A DNA stretch of 64,000 bases from Paraspadella gotoi (lineage: Eukaryota > Animalia > Chaetognatha). Position numbers and translations under genes: made by a program. Positions 62,767-64,000 of the stretch are shown piece after piece. Numbering within the stretch: position 1 is the first letter of the stretch; the number at the start of each line of letters is the position of its first letter. The stretch spans positions 9,944,291 to 10,008,290 of the forward strand of contig CM119271.1 in NCBI GenBank assembly GCA_051294375.1, read 5' to 3'. A model generated the notes under the pieces. It was not told where the DNA came from. It saw only the letters and a program-made list of their open reading frames with translations, and did not search any database.

Positions 62767-63373
62767 TCATATCAACGAGTCTCTGTTCTTCATACGGTTC
62801 GTCCCCCACAACGCCCTCTTCACGCCGCAAAGTCTCCCGTGATCCGCTTCCTCGCGGAACACGAACCGCGAGAGGCGCCAGGGCATAACTTTTCCGCGGG
62901 CCCGTGACGTGATGGCGCAGCAGTCCGAGTATCGAACGGGATTGGTTCGACGGGGCAGAGCGTCCAGAGCCGACTTGGCCTCCTCGCGTAGGAAAGGGGG
63001 CAGGACGTGATGGGCCAGCATGAGGCCCTCGAGGCGGCGACGTTCCGGTGCCGCGCGGGCCGCGATCGCTCGGAACTTGACGTCACGACGCATTTTGCGA
63101 TCTTGGTAGCTTTTTATGAAAAGGGGAAAAAAAGGAGGGGGTGTGTGGGGTGAAGCCGGGATAGAATATCGACGTATATGCAAGTAAATATTCAGTTATT
63201 ATATATATAAAATATTAAATATATTCAATTATTCACCCTCTGATCTGCTGCTTCCCAAGGCAATCGCCATGCGCAACGATTCCCGCTCCCGTCGTTACGA
63301 AGATTTCAGATTTTAAAGTTAAACTGTGACAAACGCGCCGAGTCTGAGTCAGGATCGATTTCAAGATCGACAT
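62767..63373 (-). CDS. MRPS14: Mitochondrial ribosomal protein S14 (uS14m), 2 exons
   Basis: MSILKSIL...QQIRG|YQDRKMRRDVKFR...LPR.TNPVR...CAITSRARG...WRLSRFVFREEADHGRLCGVKRALW. Confidence 0.92.
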
Positions 63374-63658
63374 TTTGTTTTTCAGATTTCCTAACGGCCA
63401 GAAAAAAAAAACGGCGGATATTCAATACTGTGCAAAAAAAAAGAAAAAAGAAGCTGTTGGATTTTTAAAGAGAAGAAGAGAGAAAGAAAACCCTTCCCCC
63501 CCCCTCTTCCCTTCCAATCAGTTTTTCCTACTAAATCCATCGAATGCCTCGCAAGAATCGGATCCCAAAAATACGGGAGACGAAAATCGCGTTTTCTCTT
63601 TGTTTTTTTTATCATTTTCGAATAATTTAGAGACAAAGAGATAATGTATTTTTTTCTC

Positions 63659-64000
<342 letters not shown>

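Overview
Eukaryotic (metazoan invertebrate) genomic DNA, not prokaryotic. It has GC-rich spliced exons in AT-rich introns, (CT/GA)n microsatellites, TTAGGG-type repeats and one 100-N scaffold gap (29375-29474). I assembled exon chains by hand for about 19 protein genes. Left part: an RNI/LRR-like gene (-) hosts a divergent DYRK2-class kinase (+) in one 6.4 kb intron. A SMYD4-like SET-MYND gene (-) hosts an intronless CYP2-clan P450 (+), an intron-containing tRNA-Tyr and an LTR/PBS relic. A reticulocalbin/calumenin gene (+) follows. A repeat-rich middle (25-35 kb) holds MITEs, a CRE-like endonuclease relic, a hammerhead-like motif and two 5S rRNA halves broken at the same CCGAA between inverted TTATCA/TGATAA flanks. 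From 30.7 kb to the window end, 14 consecutive genes lie on the minus strand: NDUFAB1, MRPS14, a fibrinogen-related gene, CMC4, OGA, NDUFB6, PTDSS1, MRPL33, FN3K-like, TXN, calpain, MCMDC2, FSTL1 and Rac. Several are only 18-330 nt apart and have splice acceptors just before their ATG. My main hypothesis is an operon-like cluster resolved by trans-splicing. Gene identities come from recognised motifs and remembered homologues; no searches were run.
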